A DNA stretch of 64,000 nt, from NCBI GenBank assembly GCA_963737655.1, contig CAVTTN010000002.1, positions 6,528,001-6,592,000 of the forward strand, given 5' to 3'. The DNA comes from an uncultured Planctomycetota bacterium (GTDB taxonomy: Bacteria > Planctomycetota > Planctomycetia > Isosphaerales > Isosphaeraceae). This document shows, one piece after another, positions 19,379-30,841 of this stretch. Below the pieces are notes generated by a model. The model was not told the origin of the DNA. It was given only the letters and a program-made list of their open reading frames with translations, and searched no databases. Position 1 is the first letter of the stretch. Each line of letters opens with the position of its first letter. The position numbers and the translations under genes were made by a program.

Positions 19379-20703
19379 TCAGGGTTGGATCTCGGTGGCC
19401 AGCCAGGTCTTGAGCTCCTCGGCCAGTCTCCGCGAGGCCTCCGGCCTCTGGGCCGCGAGGTTGCGCCTCTCGGCCGGATCGGTGCGGATGTCGAACAATT
19501 CCGGCTTCGCGCCCTGGGTGATGACCAGCTTCAGGTCGCCGTGCAGGGCCGCGAGCTGATTGTAGCCCTCGCTCCGCCACTCCCAGAACAGGGTTCGCTC
19601 GGGGACCCGGCCGCGGTGGGTCCAGGCGGGCAGGAGGTCCACGCCGTCGAGGTCCGACGGCCGGTCCTTCGCCTCGGCGCCGGCGGCCGCCAGGATCGTC
19701 GGGAACAGGTCGATGGTCATCATGTTTTCATCAGAAGACGATCCCGCCGCGATGTGGCCCGGCCAGCGGACGGCCGCGGGCACGCGGACTCCGCCCTCCC
19801 AGACCGTCCTCTTGCCCCCTCGGAACGGGAAGTTGCTGTCGAGGGCGGCACTGGCCCCCTGGTTGCCGGCCTCGAAGGTGGCCCCGTGGTCGCTGGAGAA
19901 GATCACGAGGGTCTCCTTCGCCAGGTCGAGGCGATCGAGGGCCTCCAGGACCCGGCCGACCTCGGCGTCGAACCGGGTGACCATCGCCGCGTAGGTCGCG
20001 TTGATCGGCCGGTCGGGGTCGATCTCGGGGAACTTCCCCCGGTGTTTGGCCACCTCGTCGGCCGGGGCCTGGATGTTGAAGTGGGCCGAGATCAGGGGCA
20101 GGTAGAGGAAGAACGGATCGGCCCGATGGCGTTCGAGGAAGCTCAGGGCGTGATCGATGAACAGGTCGTCGGCGTAGCCCTGGACCGGCACCTTCCGCCG
20201 GCCGTCCCAGAGCTCGCTGGGGAACTTCTCCCAGGCGTGGGTGGCGTCGGTGAAGCCGAAGAACTCGTCAAACCCCTGGTCCATGGGATGGGTGTAAGAC
20301 CCGCCCTGCCCTTTCGCCCGAGGCGCCCCGTGGTGCCACTTGCCGAACAGGGCCGTCTGGTAGCCGCGAGCCTTCAGCGCCTCGGCGATCGTCGTCTGGC
20401 CGCTGGGCAGGTCGTCGTTGTTCCGGCTGACTCCGCAGTGGATCGGGTTCTTGCCGGTCAGCAGGGCGCCTCGGCTCGGCGCGCAAACGACGGCCGCGGT
20501 GTAGAACCGGTGGAGCGTCATCCCCTCGCGGGCCAGGCGGTCCAGGTGGGGCGTGGCCCATTCCTTCCGGCCGTTAAACCCCACGTCGGCATGACCGAGG
20601 TCATCGGCGTAGATGAGGACGATGTTCGGCCCCCGGTCGGCCGCGAGAGTCGACCCGCGCCCACCGCCATCAGCAGTCCCGCTCCCAGGACGATCGGTCG
20701 CAT
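19379..20703 (-). CDS. Sulfatase (formylglycine type), frameshifted near 20655
   Basis: PNIVLIYADDLG, CAPSR, GKWH, SDHG. The signal peptide is in the 20518..20703 frame. Confidence 0.9.
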
Positions 20704-21148
20704 GGCCTCGACCTCCGAGAAGACTCGCGTCCCCGCCGCTGTTCCCGAAGATCGGAGGATCTTCGTCTCTATTCTACCCTATGCCGACCGAAATGGTTGA
20801 GATGGCCGATTCGAAACGCGCGACCGGACCGAAGGTTCCCGAATCCGAGGCGCGGGGCGGCCCGGGGCGGCCTCGTCCGCCCGGTCGATCCGGCTCGTGG
20901 GAATCCCAGAAGCTCCTGCCTTCACCATCGATTCGGGACCGCTCCGCGGGCCACTTCCGGGCCGTTCCTCCTCGACCGACTCCCCCTCGGGGCCGTTGTC
21001 GAGACCATCGTCGCGAGAGCTTACGCCCGATGGCGATCGGCCACAAGGGGTTTACCCGCGGCGATCGATCCCGGAGGCCCGTTTCGGCGCCTCGTTCGGC
21101 GGCGTTTCGTGCGGTTTTGGGTGATTTTCCCGCCCGGCTCCCCGAGTC

Positions 21149-21718
21149 TCAGTTCGCCCGGCCGAGGTATTCGCCGGTCCGGGTGTCGACACGGACGACG
21201 ACGCCCTGGTCGAGGTGCTCGGGCACCTGGACGATGGCCCCGGTGGAGAGGGTGGCGGGCTTGGTCCGGCCGGTGGCCGAATTCCCTCGGACTCCCGGGG
21301 CGGTCTCGGTGATCGCGAGCTCGACGGTGTCGGGGATCTCGATGCCGATGACCTCGTCGTTGACCACCAGGGACTCGACGTCCGGCATGTTCTCGATCAT
21401 GAACGGGGCCTGGTCTTCCATGTCCTCATTGGAGAGTGAGAACTGGTTGAAGTCGGCCGAGTCCATGAAATGGAAGCCGTCGGAGTCTCGGTAGAGGAAC
21501 TGGACGGGCCGTCGCTCGAAGCTGGACTCGGCGAGGCTGTCGGTGCCCTTGTAGCTCTTCTCGACGCGGTTGCGGGTCTTGAGGTTCCGCGCCTTGACCT
21601 TGTAGAGCGTGGCCGCCCCCCGGGCCGAGGGGGTCTGGACCTGGATATGTTCGATCATGTGAGGAGAGCCGTCGATCTCGACGACCATCCGCCTCTTGAA
21701 GTCTTTGGCGGGGACCAC
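21149..21718 (-). CDS. efpL: Elongation factor P-like protein (EfpL/YeiP type)
   Basis: Loop TPSARGAATLYK instead of PGKG; KPATLSTG; VDTRTGEY. GTG start inferred. Confidence 0.8.
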   Translation of the reverse strand: MVPAKDFKRRMVVEIDGSPHMIEHIQVQTPSARGAATLYKVKARNLKTRNRVEKSYKGTDSLAESSFERRPVQFLYRDSDGFHFMDSADFNQFSLSNEDMEDQAPFMIENMPDVESLVVNDEVIGIEIPDTVELAITETAPGVRGNSATGRTKPATLSTGAIVQVPEHLDQGVVVRVDTRTGEYLGRAN

Positions 21719-21952
21719 GTTCGCGACCCTTCGGGCCTCGTCGGACGATGAGGAACTCGGAGGGCTCATGGTACATCGCGAGCCCGCGTCGGGTCAAATC
21801 CGGAGACGAGGCCGGGCGCGAACGGATCGCAGGGTGCTTGCAAGATCCCGGGCCGTCGCCTAGATTCCGGCTCGAACGATTCCCGAGGCCCCCGCCGGGC
21901 CGGCGACGACGCATTGCAACCCAGGATGGACACCCGACGAAGGGATTCGCCG

Positions 21953-24900
21953 ATGCAACCCGTTCCCCCGCCGTCCGAGGCGATTCGTCCGATCACCCCG
22001 AGCCTGCCTGCCGTCGGCGGAACGGCTGGAAGGCCGGCGGTTGCTGTCCCTGAGCCCCGTGAAGGACGTGAACCGGACGGATTTCTATCCGGCGACGATC
22101 CGCAACGCCGGGGATGTCGTCACGTTCGTGGGGCCGGCGCCCAATGGAGTCCCCGAGCTCTGGAAGAGCGACGGCACGCCCGGAGGGACCGTGCCGGTGA
22201 GCCTCCTGCCCAGCTCCACGAGCGTCACGCTCGGCGATTCGGCGGTCAACGACGGTGAGCTTTACGTCCTCAACGGCGCCGATGTCGATCGCTACGACCT
22301 TTCGACCGGAGGCCGGACGGTCCTGACGAGCTTTGGCTACGTCGTCGGGCCTCAGCTTGTCCGGACCGATCAGATCGTGGCCTCGGGAGGCGAGGTTGTC
22401 ATTTCCGGGAGCGACGGGGCCACCGGCGTCTTCGCGATCCGCAACGACGAGACGGCCTTCCACGACGCCTACTAGCCGATCGGCCCCTCGGGCACGACCG
22501 TTGGCGACCTCACGGCGATGGGGGACTCGGCCTACTTCTTCGGGTCGAGCGATTTTGGGGCGGGGGTCTACTCGTCCGACGGGGCTCAAGTCCTCAGTGT
22601 GACGACATGCGGGCCCATCGGCCCGATCGTCGCCGGGTCTGATCGGCTGTTCATCGAGACCTCGCCCGGCTCGTGGGAGGGTTCCTCGCTGTATGTGTCC
22701 GACGGCACCGCTGCGGGCACTCAGCTCGTCATCGGCGGCCTGACGATCGTGGGCCAGCCGGTGGCGGCCGGGGATCGGCTGTTCTTCCTGTCGCAGGACG
22801 GGGGCGTCACTTCGTTGTGGACGAGCGACGGGACGGCCTCGGGGACCGGCCCGGTCGCCGATCTCGACGGCGTGGCGGACCTGACCGCGGCGGGCCCGGA
22901 CGTCTTCTTCACCGCGAACGATGGTCCGACCGGGACCGCGCTTTATGAGTCGGACGGGATGGCCTCGGGGACTCGTCGGCTGGCCACGATCGACCTCGGC
23001 CCCCCTCCTGCCCCGGCCATACCCTGGCTATTGAGCCCCTCCCGAGTCCCGGCTCGTGGCGACCGGCGAGGGCGTGTTCTTTGCGGGGTACGACGCCTCC
23101 CGAGGGCTGGAGCCCTGGCACAGCGACGGGACCAGCGAAGGCACCGGGCCCGTCGCGGACCTGGACCCCGGGCCCGACGGCTCCGACCCGGAGCAGATCA
23201 CGGCGATCGGCGACCGGGTGGTGTTCGCCGCCCACGACGGGACGACCTCCAATGAGATGTGGATCCGCGACGGGACGGCCCAGGGGACGAAGCTCGTCGC
23301 CTCCTTCCCCGCTCCCGTCCCGACGAACACCCTGGACACCTCTCTCGAAGCGAGCCTCACGACCGATCCGGTCACGGTCGGGCCGCTCGCCTTCTTCGTG
23401 GCCGACGACGGCGAGCATGGGTCCGAGCTCTGGGTCACCGACGGCTCCAACGGGGCACTCACATGGTCGCGGACATCCGGCCGGGCCCTCAGGGATCGTT
23501 CCCCGAGGACCTCTCCGCGTTCGGATCGCGCCTGGTGTTCACGGCCGATGACGGAACCCACGGGCGAGAGCGGTGGATCACCGACGGAACGGCCTCGGGG
23601 ACGATCCTCCTGGCCGACATCCAACCCGGCCCGGCCTCCGGCGAGCTTCCGGAGCCGACCCGGATTTCCTCTTGGCCCAGGAATTGACCGTCGGGGTCCT
23701 CCACGGCCTCCTCTATTTCGGGGCCTTCGGAGAGGCGGGCGACCCGGAGCTCTGGACGTCCGACGGGACGCCGCAAGGGGCCCGAGAGGTCGCCTCGATC
23801 GGCACCACACCGCCCTCCTCGCCCTCGGTCGCGCCGTTCCCGTTGAACCATTTCACGGCCCTCGGCGACGCCATCTACGTCTTCGGCTACGATCCCGACC
23901 TCGGCTGCCAGGTCTGGAGGAGCGACGGCACGGCCGAGGGGACGTCCCGGGTCACCTCGGTGCAATTCTCTTACCACGGGTTCCCATCGTTTCCGGGGCA
24001 GATCGTCGCCTCAGGTTCGCAGCTGTACTTCGCCCTGACCGGGCCGGATGACGGGGACCGACTCTGGGTGACCGACGGCGGCCCGGGGGACGAGCGTCTC
24101 GTGTTCGATCCGGCCACGATCGACTCCTCGGCCGAGTCGGGACTCGACGTCCTGACGGGCCTCTCGGCGATCGGGTCGGAGGTCTGCTTCGAGACGCACC
24201 TGAGATCCGCCCGCACGGTGCCGTACTTCAGCGACGGGACGAACGAGGGGACCGTGCCCATCCCGACACGCGGGGGAGATCCGATCTCGAAGAATTATGT
24301 GACCACCTTCGATGGTCGCGCGTTCTTCGAGGTGGGGGACCAGAACGGTGCCGCTCGCCGGTGGGCGACCGACGGCACCGAGGCGGGAGCAGCCTACCTG
24401 ACGGGGACGCCGTCCGGGCCGGCGTGGTCATTGGGGGCGGCCCCGGCCGAGGTGGTTGGCGGCGATCTCTACCTGAACCTCACCGCGGATGACGGGAATG
24501 AGGTCTACCGCGTCGGGCCTGGCTCGACCACGGCGGATTTCGTGGGTCAAACCGCCGACGATCTGTGGGCCGTCCCTCTCCTGGAGTTGCCCGGGGGAAA
24601 CCTGGAGGTCCTGGGGGACGACGGCCGGCACGGAGTCCAGCCGTTGGCGCTCAGCCCGGGGCCGCCGGACCCGACATTCGGGCCCCTCCGTAACGCGACC
24701 GTCGCACCTGGGGGAATCCTGGTCCTCGGTCTCTCCGACTCCACGTACTATCGATCAGCAGCCCGTTCGTCGTGGACGTGGAGACCGACGGCGGGACGTC
24801 CATCGGCCCTCCCCTCCAACCCTTCCCTCGGCTCCAACTGCCGGCCGGGGAGGTCTCCACGTTCTCGGCCGTCCCCGATTCCACGGTCGATCCGGCCCCG

Positions 24901-25731
24901 CCCTTCCTGTACAGCATTCAATGGAGCGCCCCGGAGGTCCACGCCTCGATCGACGCGACCACCGGCATGATCTCCTACGCGCCCGATGCGGATTTCCGGG
25001 GGGCGGTGTCGGTCTTCCTTTGGGTCCGGAGCGCCCGTCATCCCTCGTTCGAGACGTCCGAGTCGTTCGCGGCCGACGTGATCGACCCGCCCCCTCCGCC
25101 TGCCCCGACCGATTCAACGAAGTCGCCTCCGACGGAGTCGCCGGCCCCGAGCCCGACGCCTCCCGCGATCCCCGCGGATCCCTCGCCGATCTTGCGGCCC
25201 CAGCCAGCGACCCTGTCTCCTCCGACGATGGCCCCTGATCCTCCGGCGACGAGCCCGGCGGGACCGTCGGCCGCTCCCGTCCAGCCGGCCCCTCCGGTCG
25301 TCTCGCCCCCGGGGCCGGTCACCATCGCGACGGCGGAGGAGGTCCGCGTCGGGCGTCATCGTCGGGCCGAATTCTCGGTCCAGTTTTCGGGTTTCGTGAC
25401 CGACCTCTCGGCGAGCCGGGCGAGGAACTACCGGGTGATCGCCGAGTGGAGGGTCGGCAAGAGGACGGTCCGCGATCGGGTGGCCCTCCGATCGGCGAGA
25501 TTCGATCCGACGACGTTTGCCGTGACCCTGAAGGCGGTCCGGTTGCCTGCCCGTGCCCGGTTCTTCGAAGTCCGCGTCCTGGGCAATCGGGTCTGCGATT
25601 CGGAGGGGACGCCGATCGACGGCGACCGCGACGGCCGGGCCGGGAGGACCTCCAACCTGGTGATCGAGAAATCGGCCTATCCGAAAGGCCCCATCCGGCG
25701 CTCGATTGACAGGCACGGGAGGCGGCGATAG
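21953..25731 (+). CDS. Secreted ELWxxDGT-repeat protein with LEPRxLL-like leader and Pro-rich linker; several frameshifts and one in-frame TAG
   Basis: ERLEGRRLLS; many ELWKSDGT/LWTSDGT/ELWVTDG repeats across six ORFs; C-terminal IDGDRDG. Confidence 0.75.
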
Positions 25732-25783
25732 CCTCGGGGAAGCCTTGCCACCTCCTCCTCCCCTTCCCTAGCGCAGCCCGATT

Positions 25784-26509
25784 ATGGCCGAACTTTCCCC
25801 GGACGACGAAGAGGACCTCTTCGAGCACTGCGAGTCCGTCCTGGGCTACCGCTTCCGCGACCTGGACCACCTCAAGGAGGCGCTAACCCACGCCTCGGGG
25901 GCCAATCACCGCCTCGCCTCGAACGAGAGGCTGGAATTCCTGGGGGATGCGATCCTCGGCGCGGTGGTCTGCGAGGCCCTGTATCGCGAGTATCCGGACT
26001 TCCTCGAAGGGGACATGACGCGGATCAAGTCCGTGGTCGTCTCGCGGCGGACCTGCGCCAAGATCTCCAAGGAGCTGGGGTTCGACGAATTCCTGATCGT
26101 CGGCAAGGGGATGGGCTCGGCCGACAAGACGCCGGAGTCGATCCTCGCCGACGTGTACGAGAGCCTGGTGGGCGCGATCTATCTCGACGGCGGGATGGAC
26201 GCCGCCAAGCGGTTCATCCTCCGGTACATGGGCCCGGAGATCGAGGACGCGGTCTCGGGGCAGTCCGGAGTGAACTTCAAGAGCACCCTCCAGCAGCAGG
26301 CCCAGAGGCTCTTCGGGGCCACGCCGTCGTATATCCTCCTGGACGAGAAGGGGCCCGACCACTCGAAGTGCTTCAAGCTGGCCGCCTTCATCGCCGGGAG
26401 GCGGTTCGCCGCGGCGTGGGGCCCGAACAAGAAGGACGCCGAACAACGGGCGGCGAGGAACGCCCTGGCGCAGATCGAGGGCCAACCCCCGCCGTTCGAG
26501 GCCGACTGA
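25784..26509 (+). CDS. rnc: Ribonuclease III
   Basis: ALTHAS, NERLEFLGDA, dsRBD (GPDHSK, KKDAEQRAA). Confidence 0.97.
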   Translation: MAELSPDDEEDLFEHCESVLGYRFRDLDHLKEALTHASGANHRLASNERLEFLGDAILGAVVCEALYREYPDFLEGDMTRIKSVVVSRRTCAKISKELGFDEFLIVGKGMGSADKTPESILADVYESLVGAIYLDGGMDAAKRFILRYMGPEIEDAVSGQSGVNFKSTLQQQAQRLFGATPSYILLDEKGPDHSKCFKLAAFIAGRRFAAAWGPNKKDAEQRAARNALAQIEGQPPPFEAD

Positions 26510-26634
26510 TTCGGACCCGGCGATCCGCCCTTGCGGGAGGTTCTCCGCTCGTCGTAAGATGCGGGCCGATTCTCCCTGGTTGCCTGGTTCCTCCCCCTGC
26601 CGCCTTTCCCCCAGCCCGCCGGAGGGAGGCCGCC

Positions 26635-27915
26635 GTGATCGGTTCTCCCGCCGCCGACCTCGGGCTCGGGCCGGAAGTCTGGATCTTCCTGACTCTCCTG
26701 TCCTGCCTGACCCTGTTCTTCAAGTTCAGCCGCTTCTGGAGCGTCCGCAACCTGGACCTGGTCCTGCTCTTCGCGCCGGCCCCGGGGTTGATCCGCCTGG
26801 TGGGAGGCTCGGGACTGGCCCAGCCGTGGTGGGCGTTCCTCTGGTTGTTCCTGGGCTCGGGGCTCTGGCTGGTCCGGTGCCTGGTGGACCTGGGGTTGGC
26901 CCGCCGTCCGCAACTGGAGCCCAACCTCAATTTCGCGGGGCTGGCGTGTCTGGCGGCGGGGGTCCTGGGCCTCCTCCTGATCGAGACGGCGAACCTCCCG
27001 GTGGATCAGGGTGCGGCCAGGAATCCCGCCGACCCGCGATCGAAGCCCGGCGAGGGGGCTCCCCCTGCACCCGAGGCCGCCACGCCCGAGACGGTCCAGA
27101 AGGTCCTGGACCGCACGCTGCCCCGATCTCTGAGGAGGAACCCGCCTCACGTGATCCTGGCCCGGAGCGTCGCCGGGCTGGCCAATCTGGGCCTGGTGGC
27201 GGGCTTGCTGGCCGTCGGCTGGAGGCATTTTGAGAGGCCGATCGCGGGGATGGCGGTGGCCGCCTGTTACCTCGTGTTGCCTTATACGAGGATCGCGGTG
27301 GTGGATGGCGGCCAGCTTGTGCCGTCGGCGTTGATCGTCTGGGCCCTGGCCAGTTACGGCCGTCCGGCGGTCGCCGGCGCGTTGATCGGGCTGGCCTCGG
27401 GCTGGATGCCGGCGACGGTCGGCCTGCTCCCCTTGTGGGCCGGCTTCTACCGAGGCCGAGGGATGGGCCGCTTCCTCGTCGCGGCCGTCCTGACCCTGGG
27501 ACTCTGCGCCGCGGTGGTCTCGGCGGTGCCGGCCCTGGCCGATTGGGGCCAGGCTCTGGGGGCGAGGAACCTTCGACAGGTCGGGCTGCTTCCTGGGATC
27601 GAGGCGCCGTCGGCCGGGAGCTTCTGGACCCGGATCGAGCCCGTCTATCGCCTGCCGGTCCTGATCGCCTACGGTGCGTTCGTCCTGGCCACGGCGATCG
27701 TCCCCTCGGAGAAGAACCTGGGAGAGCTGATCGCCCTGTCGGCCGCCCTGCTCGTGGCCTGCCAGTTCTGGTACTTGGACGAGGGCGGGACGCTCGTCCT
27801 GATGTATCTTCCCTTGGTCCTGCTGATGATGTTCCGCCCGAACCTGACGACCAAGAGGCCGCCCGCCCCGAAGCCCCAAGGCTCTCGACAGTCGGCCCTC
27901 CATCCGGTCCGCTGA
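26635..27915 (+). CDS. Polytopic membrane protein, possibly GT-C/GT87-like
   Basis: Many hydrophobic segments; GTG start after GGAGG. Family assignment is tentative. Confidence 0.65.
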   Translation: MIGSPAADLGLGPEVWIFLTLLSCLTLFFKFSRFWSVRNLDLVLLFAPAPGLIRLVGGSGLAQPWWAFLWLFLGSGLWLVRCLVDLGLARRPQLEPNLNFAGLACLAAGVLGLLLIETANLPVDQGAARNPADPRSKPGEGAPPAPEAATPETVQKVLDRTLPRSLRRNPPHVILARSVAGLANLGLVAGLLAVGWRHFERPIAGMAVAACYLVLPYTRIAVVDGGQLVPSALIVWALASYGRPAVAGALIGLASGWMPATVGLLPLWAGFYRGRGMGRFLVAAVLTLGLCAAVVSAVPALADWGQALGARNLRQVGLLPGIEAPSAGSFWTRIEPVYRLPVLIAYGAFVLATAIVPSEKNLGELIALSAALLVACQFWYLDEGGTLVLMYLPLVLLMMFRPNLTTKRPPAPKPQGSRQSALHPVR

Positions 27916-28003
27916 GGCCGGCGATCTTGTCCGAACGGCGGCCTCCGGTCACAATCGACCCCAGCCGTTGCTCCGACCCCCCTTCCCGTCCCGAGACCCG
28001 CCG

Positions 28004-28738
28004 ATGCAGTTGACCTATGACTTCCTGGCCAAGAGGATCGATCACTCGCTCCTGGGTCCGACCCTGACCGACGCCGAGCTCGAAGACGGTTGCCGTCTGG
28101 CCGCGAAATACAAGGTCGCGAGCGTCTGTATCAAGCCCCATGCCGTCGCGCTGGCGAAGAGGCTCCTGGAAGGCAGCGGGGTGGCCGTCGGCACCACGAT
28201 CGGGTTTCCCCACGGCGGCCACACTCAGGCGATGAAGATCCGCGAGGCGGAGCTCGCCCTGGATGACGGCGCGACCGAGCTCGACATGGTCATCAACATC
28301 GGCAAGGCGCTCGGCGGCGACTGGGCGGCGGTCCAGGAAGAGATCGGCGCGATCGTCCGGCTCGCTCATTCTCGGGGAGCGATCGTCAAGGTGATCTTCG
28401 AGAACTGCTATCTGTCGCCGGCCCAGATTTCTCGCCTCTGCAAGATCTGCGGCGAGGAGAACGCGGATTTCGTGAAGACCTCGACCGGCTATGGGACTTC
28501 GGGCGCGACCGACGAGGACTTGAAGTTGATGAGGGAACTTTCCCCTCCCCACGTCCGGCTCAAGGCGGCCGGAGGAATTCGCACGCTCGACGCCGCGCTG
28601 AACGCGGCGAAGCTCGGCTGCGACCGGATTGGCGCGAGCCGGACGGCCGAGATCCTCGACGAGCTGAACGACCGTCTCGCCGGCAAGGCTACCGCGAAGG
28701 ACGACGGGGTTTCACGTGAAACGCCCGGCGGCTATTGA
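28004..28738 (+). CDS. deoC: Deoxyribose-phosphate aldolase
   Basis: IDHSLL, IGFPHG, ELDMV, KVIFE, FVKTSTG, KAAGGIR, RIGAS. Confidence 0.95.
   Translation: MQLTYDFLAKRIDHSLLGPTLTDAELEDGCRLAAKYKVASVCIKPHAVALAKRLLEGSGVAVGTTIGFPHGGHTQAMKIREAELALDDGATELDMVINIGKALGGDWAAVQEEIGAIVRLAHSRGAIVKVIFENCYLSPAQISRLCKICGEENADFVKTSTGYGTSGATDEDLKLMRELSPPHVRLKAAGGIRTLDAALNAAKLGCDRIGASRTAEILDELNDRLAGKATAKDDGVSRETPGGY
28708..28723. promoter_or_regulatory. parS site inside the 3' end of deoC
   Basis: gGTTTCACGTGAAACg, matching the chromosomal parS palindrome. Confidence 0.9.
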
Positions 28739-28863
28739 ATCCCCATCGAACGGGGACTGGCAACTCGGCCCCGAGGTGCCGGTTCCCCCATCCTGTCCGG
28801 GATTCGAGGGCCCTGGGTCGAGGGTTGGCGATGTTTCGGGGATTGGCCGGAGGGCCGGTCCCA

Positions 28864-28938
28864 TCGGGGCGACCAGATTCGAACTGGTGACCTCCTGCTC
28901 CCAAGGCAGGCGCGCTAACCAGGCTGCGCTACGCCCCG
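28864..28938 (-). tRNA. tRNA-Pro(UGG), CCA not encoded
   Basis: CGGGGCGTAGCGCAGCCTGGTTAGCGCG-CCTGC-CTTGGGA-GCAGG-...GTTCGAATC...CGCCCCGA. Confidence 0.97.
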
Positions 28939-28954
28939 AGGCGTGTGAAAGAGC

Positions 28955-28984
28955 ATGGTAGAGGGGCCCGGGGGATGCGGTCAA
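28955..28984 (-). promoter_or_regulatory. sigma70-type promoter of tRNA-Pro
   Basis: TTGACC-N18-TACCAT just upstream of the tRNA. Confidence 0.6.
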
Positions 28985-29712
28985 GGCCGGACGGCCAGTT
29001 CGGCGGGGTCTCGCGGAGGTCCATCGAGGTCCGCCCCGGCCACCGGCCATTCCATCCGCAGGTCCAGGCCGGGCCGGGGCCGACGCTTGAGCGTTCCGCC
29101 GTGGGCGCCGACGACCCTGGCCAGGACGGCCATCGGCAAGACGCCTCCCCCGCACTTCCCGGCGGGGACCGTCTCGCCCCCCCCGCTCTCTCGCCATTCC
29201 AGGTGGTTCGTCCCGCTCAGGCTCCAGGCCCTCAGGGCGATCCGCGACTTCGGCGCCATCCGGGCCGCTCGCCACTCGGCCAGGGCGTCGAGGGCCTGGG
29301 TCCAGCGGGTTGGATCGAGCCGGCCGGGAACCGGCGGGCCGATCAGATCGAGCTTCAGGGTCACCTCTCGCCCTTCGAACCGGGGTGCCCACCGCGAGAC
29401 GAACTCCTTCAGGAGGAGATCCAGGCTGAGAGTGATCGGCTTCAGGTCCATCGGTCGACAAACGGTCTGGAACTGATCGACGACCCGCTCGGCCTCGCGA
29501 TAGAGCCGGTCCGGTTCGTCCCACCGCGACGGATCGGGCGCCGAGTCCCCCCTCCGAGCGAGGTAGAGACTCATCTGGAGTCCGTTCAGACGGTTCCGAA
29601 TCGTGTGGAAGAACTCGCCGAAGACGTCGTGGAGCGCGACGACCTGGTCGGGCTCGGAAGCGAGCCTCAGGAGCGCTTCCAGGGAGGCGGAACTCGGATC
29701 TTCCTGATTCAT
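28981..29712 (-). CDS. Degenerate histidine-kinase-like protein (DHp plus eroded CA domain)
   Basis: FFHTIRNRL H-box-like motif; LDPTRWTQAL and VLARVVGAHGGTL echo HATPase, but there is no N-box Asn or DxGxG. Confidence 0.6.
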   Translation of the reverse strand: MNQEDPSSASLEALLRLASEPDQVVALHDVFGEFFHTIRNRLNGLQMSLYLARRGDSAPDPSRWDEPDRLYREAERVVDQFQTVCRPMDLKPITLSLDLLLKEFVSRWAPRFEGREVTLKLDLIGPPVPGRLDPTRWTQALDALAEWRAARMAPKSRIALRAWSLSGTNHLEWRESGGGETVPAGKCGGGVLPMAVLARVVGAHGGTLKRRPRPGLDLRMEWPVAGADLDGPPRDPAELAVRP

Positions 29713-29944
29713 GGTCGCCTCTTCATCGACGAGGGGCGAGGTCGGGCGTCCTTTCGCCGGAGATGCATCGCGGACCTGACCTGACATGGCAATCGGGATG
29801 CCGATCCTCGCGAAATCGGTCCCCGGCGCCGCAACCCTCGCCACGGTCCGCCCGAGGCGTTCCAGACCTCGGGCGAGCCGCTTCGGAAGGTTCTCGTTTT
29901 CCCGATCCGCCGCCGGAAAATGGGAAGTCGAGTAGGTCCGCCAG

Positions 29945-30841
29945 CTAGCTTCCGCGGATGAGTCCCGTGATCCTCTCGAACTCTTCCTGGCTGTTGAAGT
30001 CGATGACGATTTGCCCGCGGTCTCGGGCCTTGACCCGGATCAGTACGGGCGTCCCGAACCGTTCCCGGAGGTTCCCTTCGAGCTCCAGGACGTGGGGCGC
30101 CTTCCCGCCCGAGGGGGTGGAGCCCGGCTCGGCGGCGTCCTTGCGGATGCGGGTCTTCGCGGCCGTCGGCTCGCCGGTTTGCACGAGCGCCTCGGTCTGG
30201 CGGACCGAAAGGTTCTCGGCAATGATCCGTGAACATGCCGCGATCTGCGAGGCCGCGTCCGGCAGGCCGAGCAAGGCGCGGGCGTGGCCCTGGGTGATCT
30301 TCTTGTTGCGGACCGCTTCCTGGACCTCGGCAGGCAGGTCGAGGAGCCGGAGGAGGTTGGAGACGGTGGAGCGGTCCACGCCGAGGCGGCCGGCGAGTTC
30401 CTCCTGGGTGCCTCCGTAGCTGTCCAGGTAGCTGCGGAAGGCGGTGGCCTTGTCCAGCGCGTTGAGGTCTTCTCGCTGGAGGTTCTCGACCATCGCGAGT
30501 TCGGAGATCCGCTGGTCGTCCAGCTCCATCACTCGGGCGGGAACGTCGTGGAGCCGGGCCTCGATGGCGGCCCTCAGCCGGCGTTCTCCGGCGATCAATT
30601 GAAAGCGGCTGCCGCGGGTTCGGACCAGGATCGGCTGGAGCATCCCGTGCTGGCGGAGGCTGTCGGCCAGGGAGGCGATGTCGGCCGGGTCGAACTGGCG
30701 GCGGGGCTGGAACGGGTTAGGATCGACCTGATCGACGGCCACGTGGATCAGTTCGGCGGCTTCGAGCGCCGAGGGCTCCAGCCCCCCTTCCTCGGTGCCG
30801 AGCAACGAGGCCAATCCGCGGCCGAGACGCTTCTTATTCAC
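29945..30841 (-). CDS. parB: ParB/Spo0J partition protein
   Basis: LGRGLASL, PNPFQPR, IAGERRLRAA, ENLQREDL, HTH, GHARALL. Confidence 0.97.
   Translation of the reverse strand: MNKKRLGRGLASLLGTEEGGLEPSALEAAELIHVAVDQVDPNPFQPRRQFDPADIASLADSLRQHGMLQPILVRTRGSRFQLIAGERRLRAAIEARLHDVPARVMELDDQRISELAMVENLQREDLNALDKATAFRSYLDSYGGTQEELAGRLGVDRSTVSNLLRLLDLPAEVQEAVRNKKITQGHARALLGLPDAASQIAACSRIIAENLSVRQTEALVQTGEPTAAKTRIRKDAAEPGSTPSGGKAPHVLELEGNLRERFGTPVLIRVKARDRGQIVIDFNSQEEFERITGLIRGS

Noticed and set aside
28740..28938. Integrative element at tRNA-Pro (or at tRNA-Glu)
   Set aside because: No integrase and no duplicated tRNA 3' end seen.
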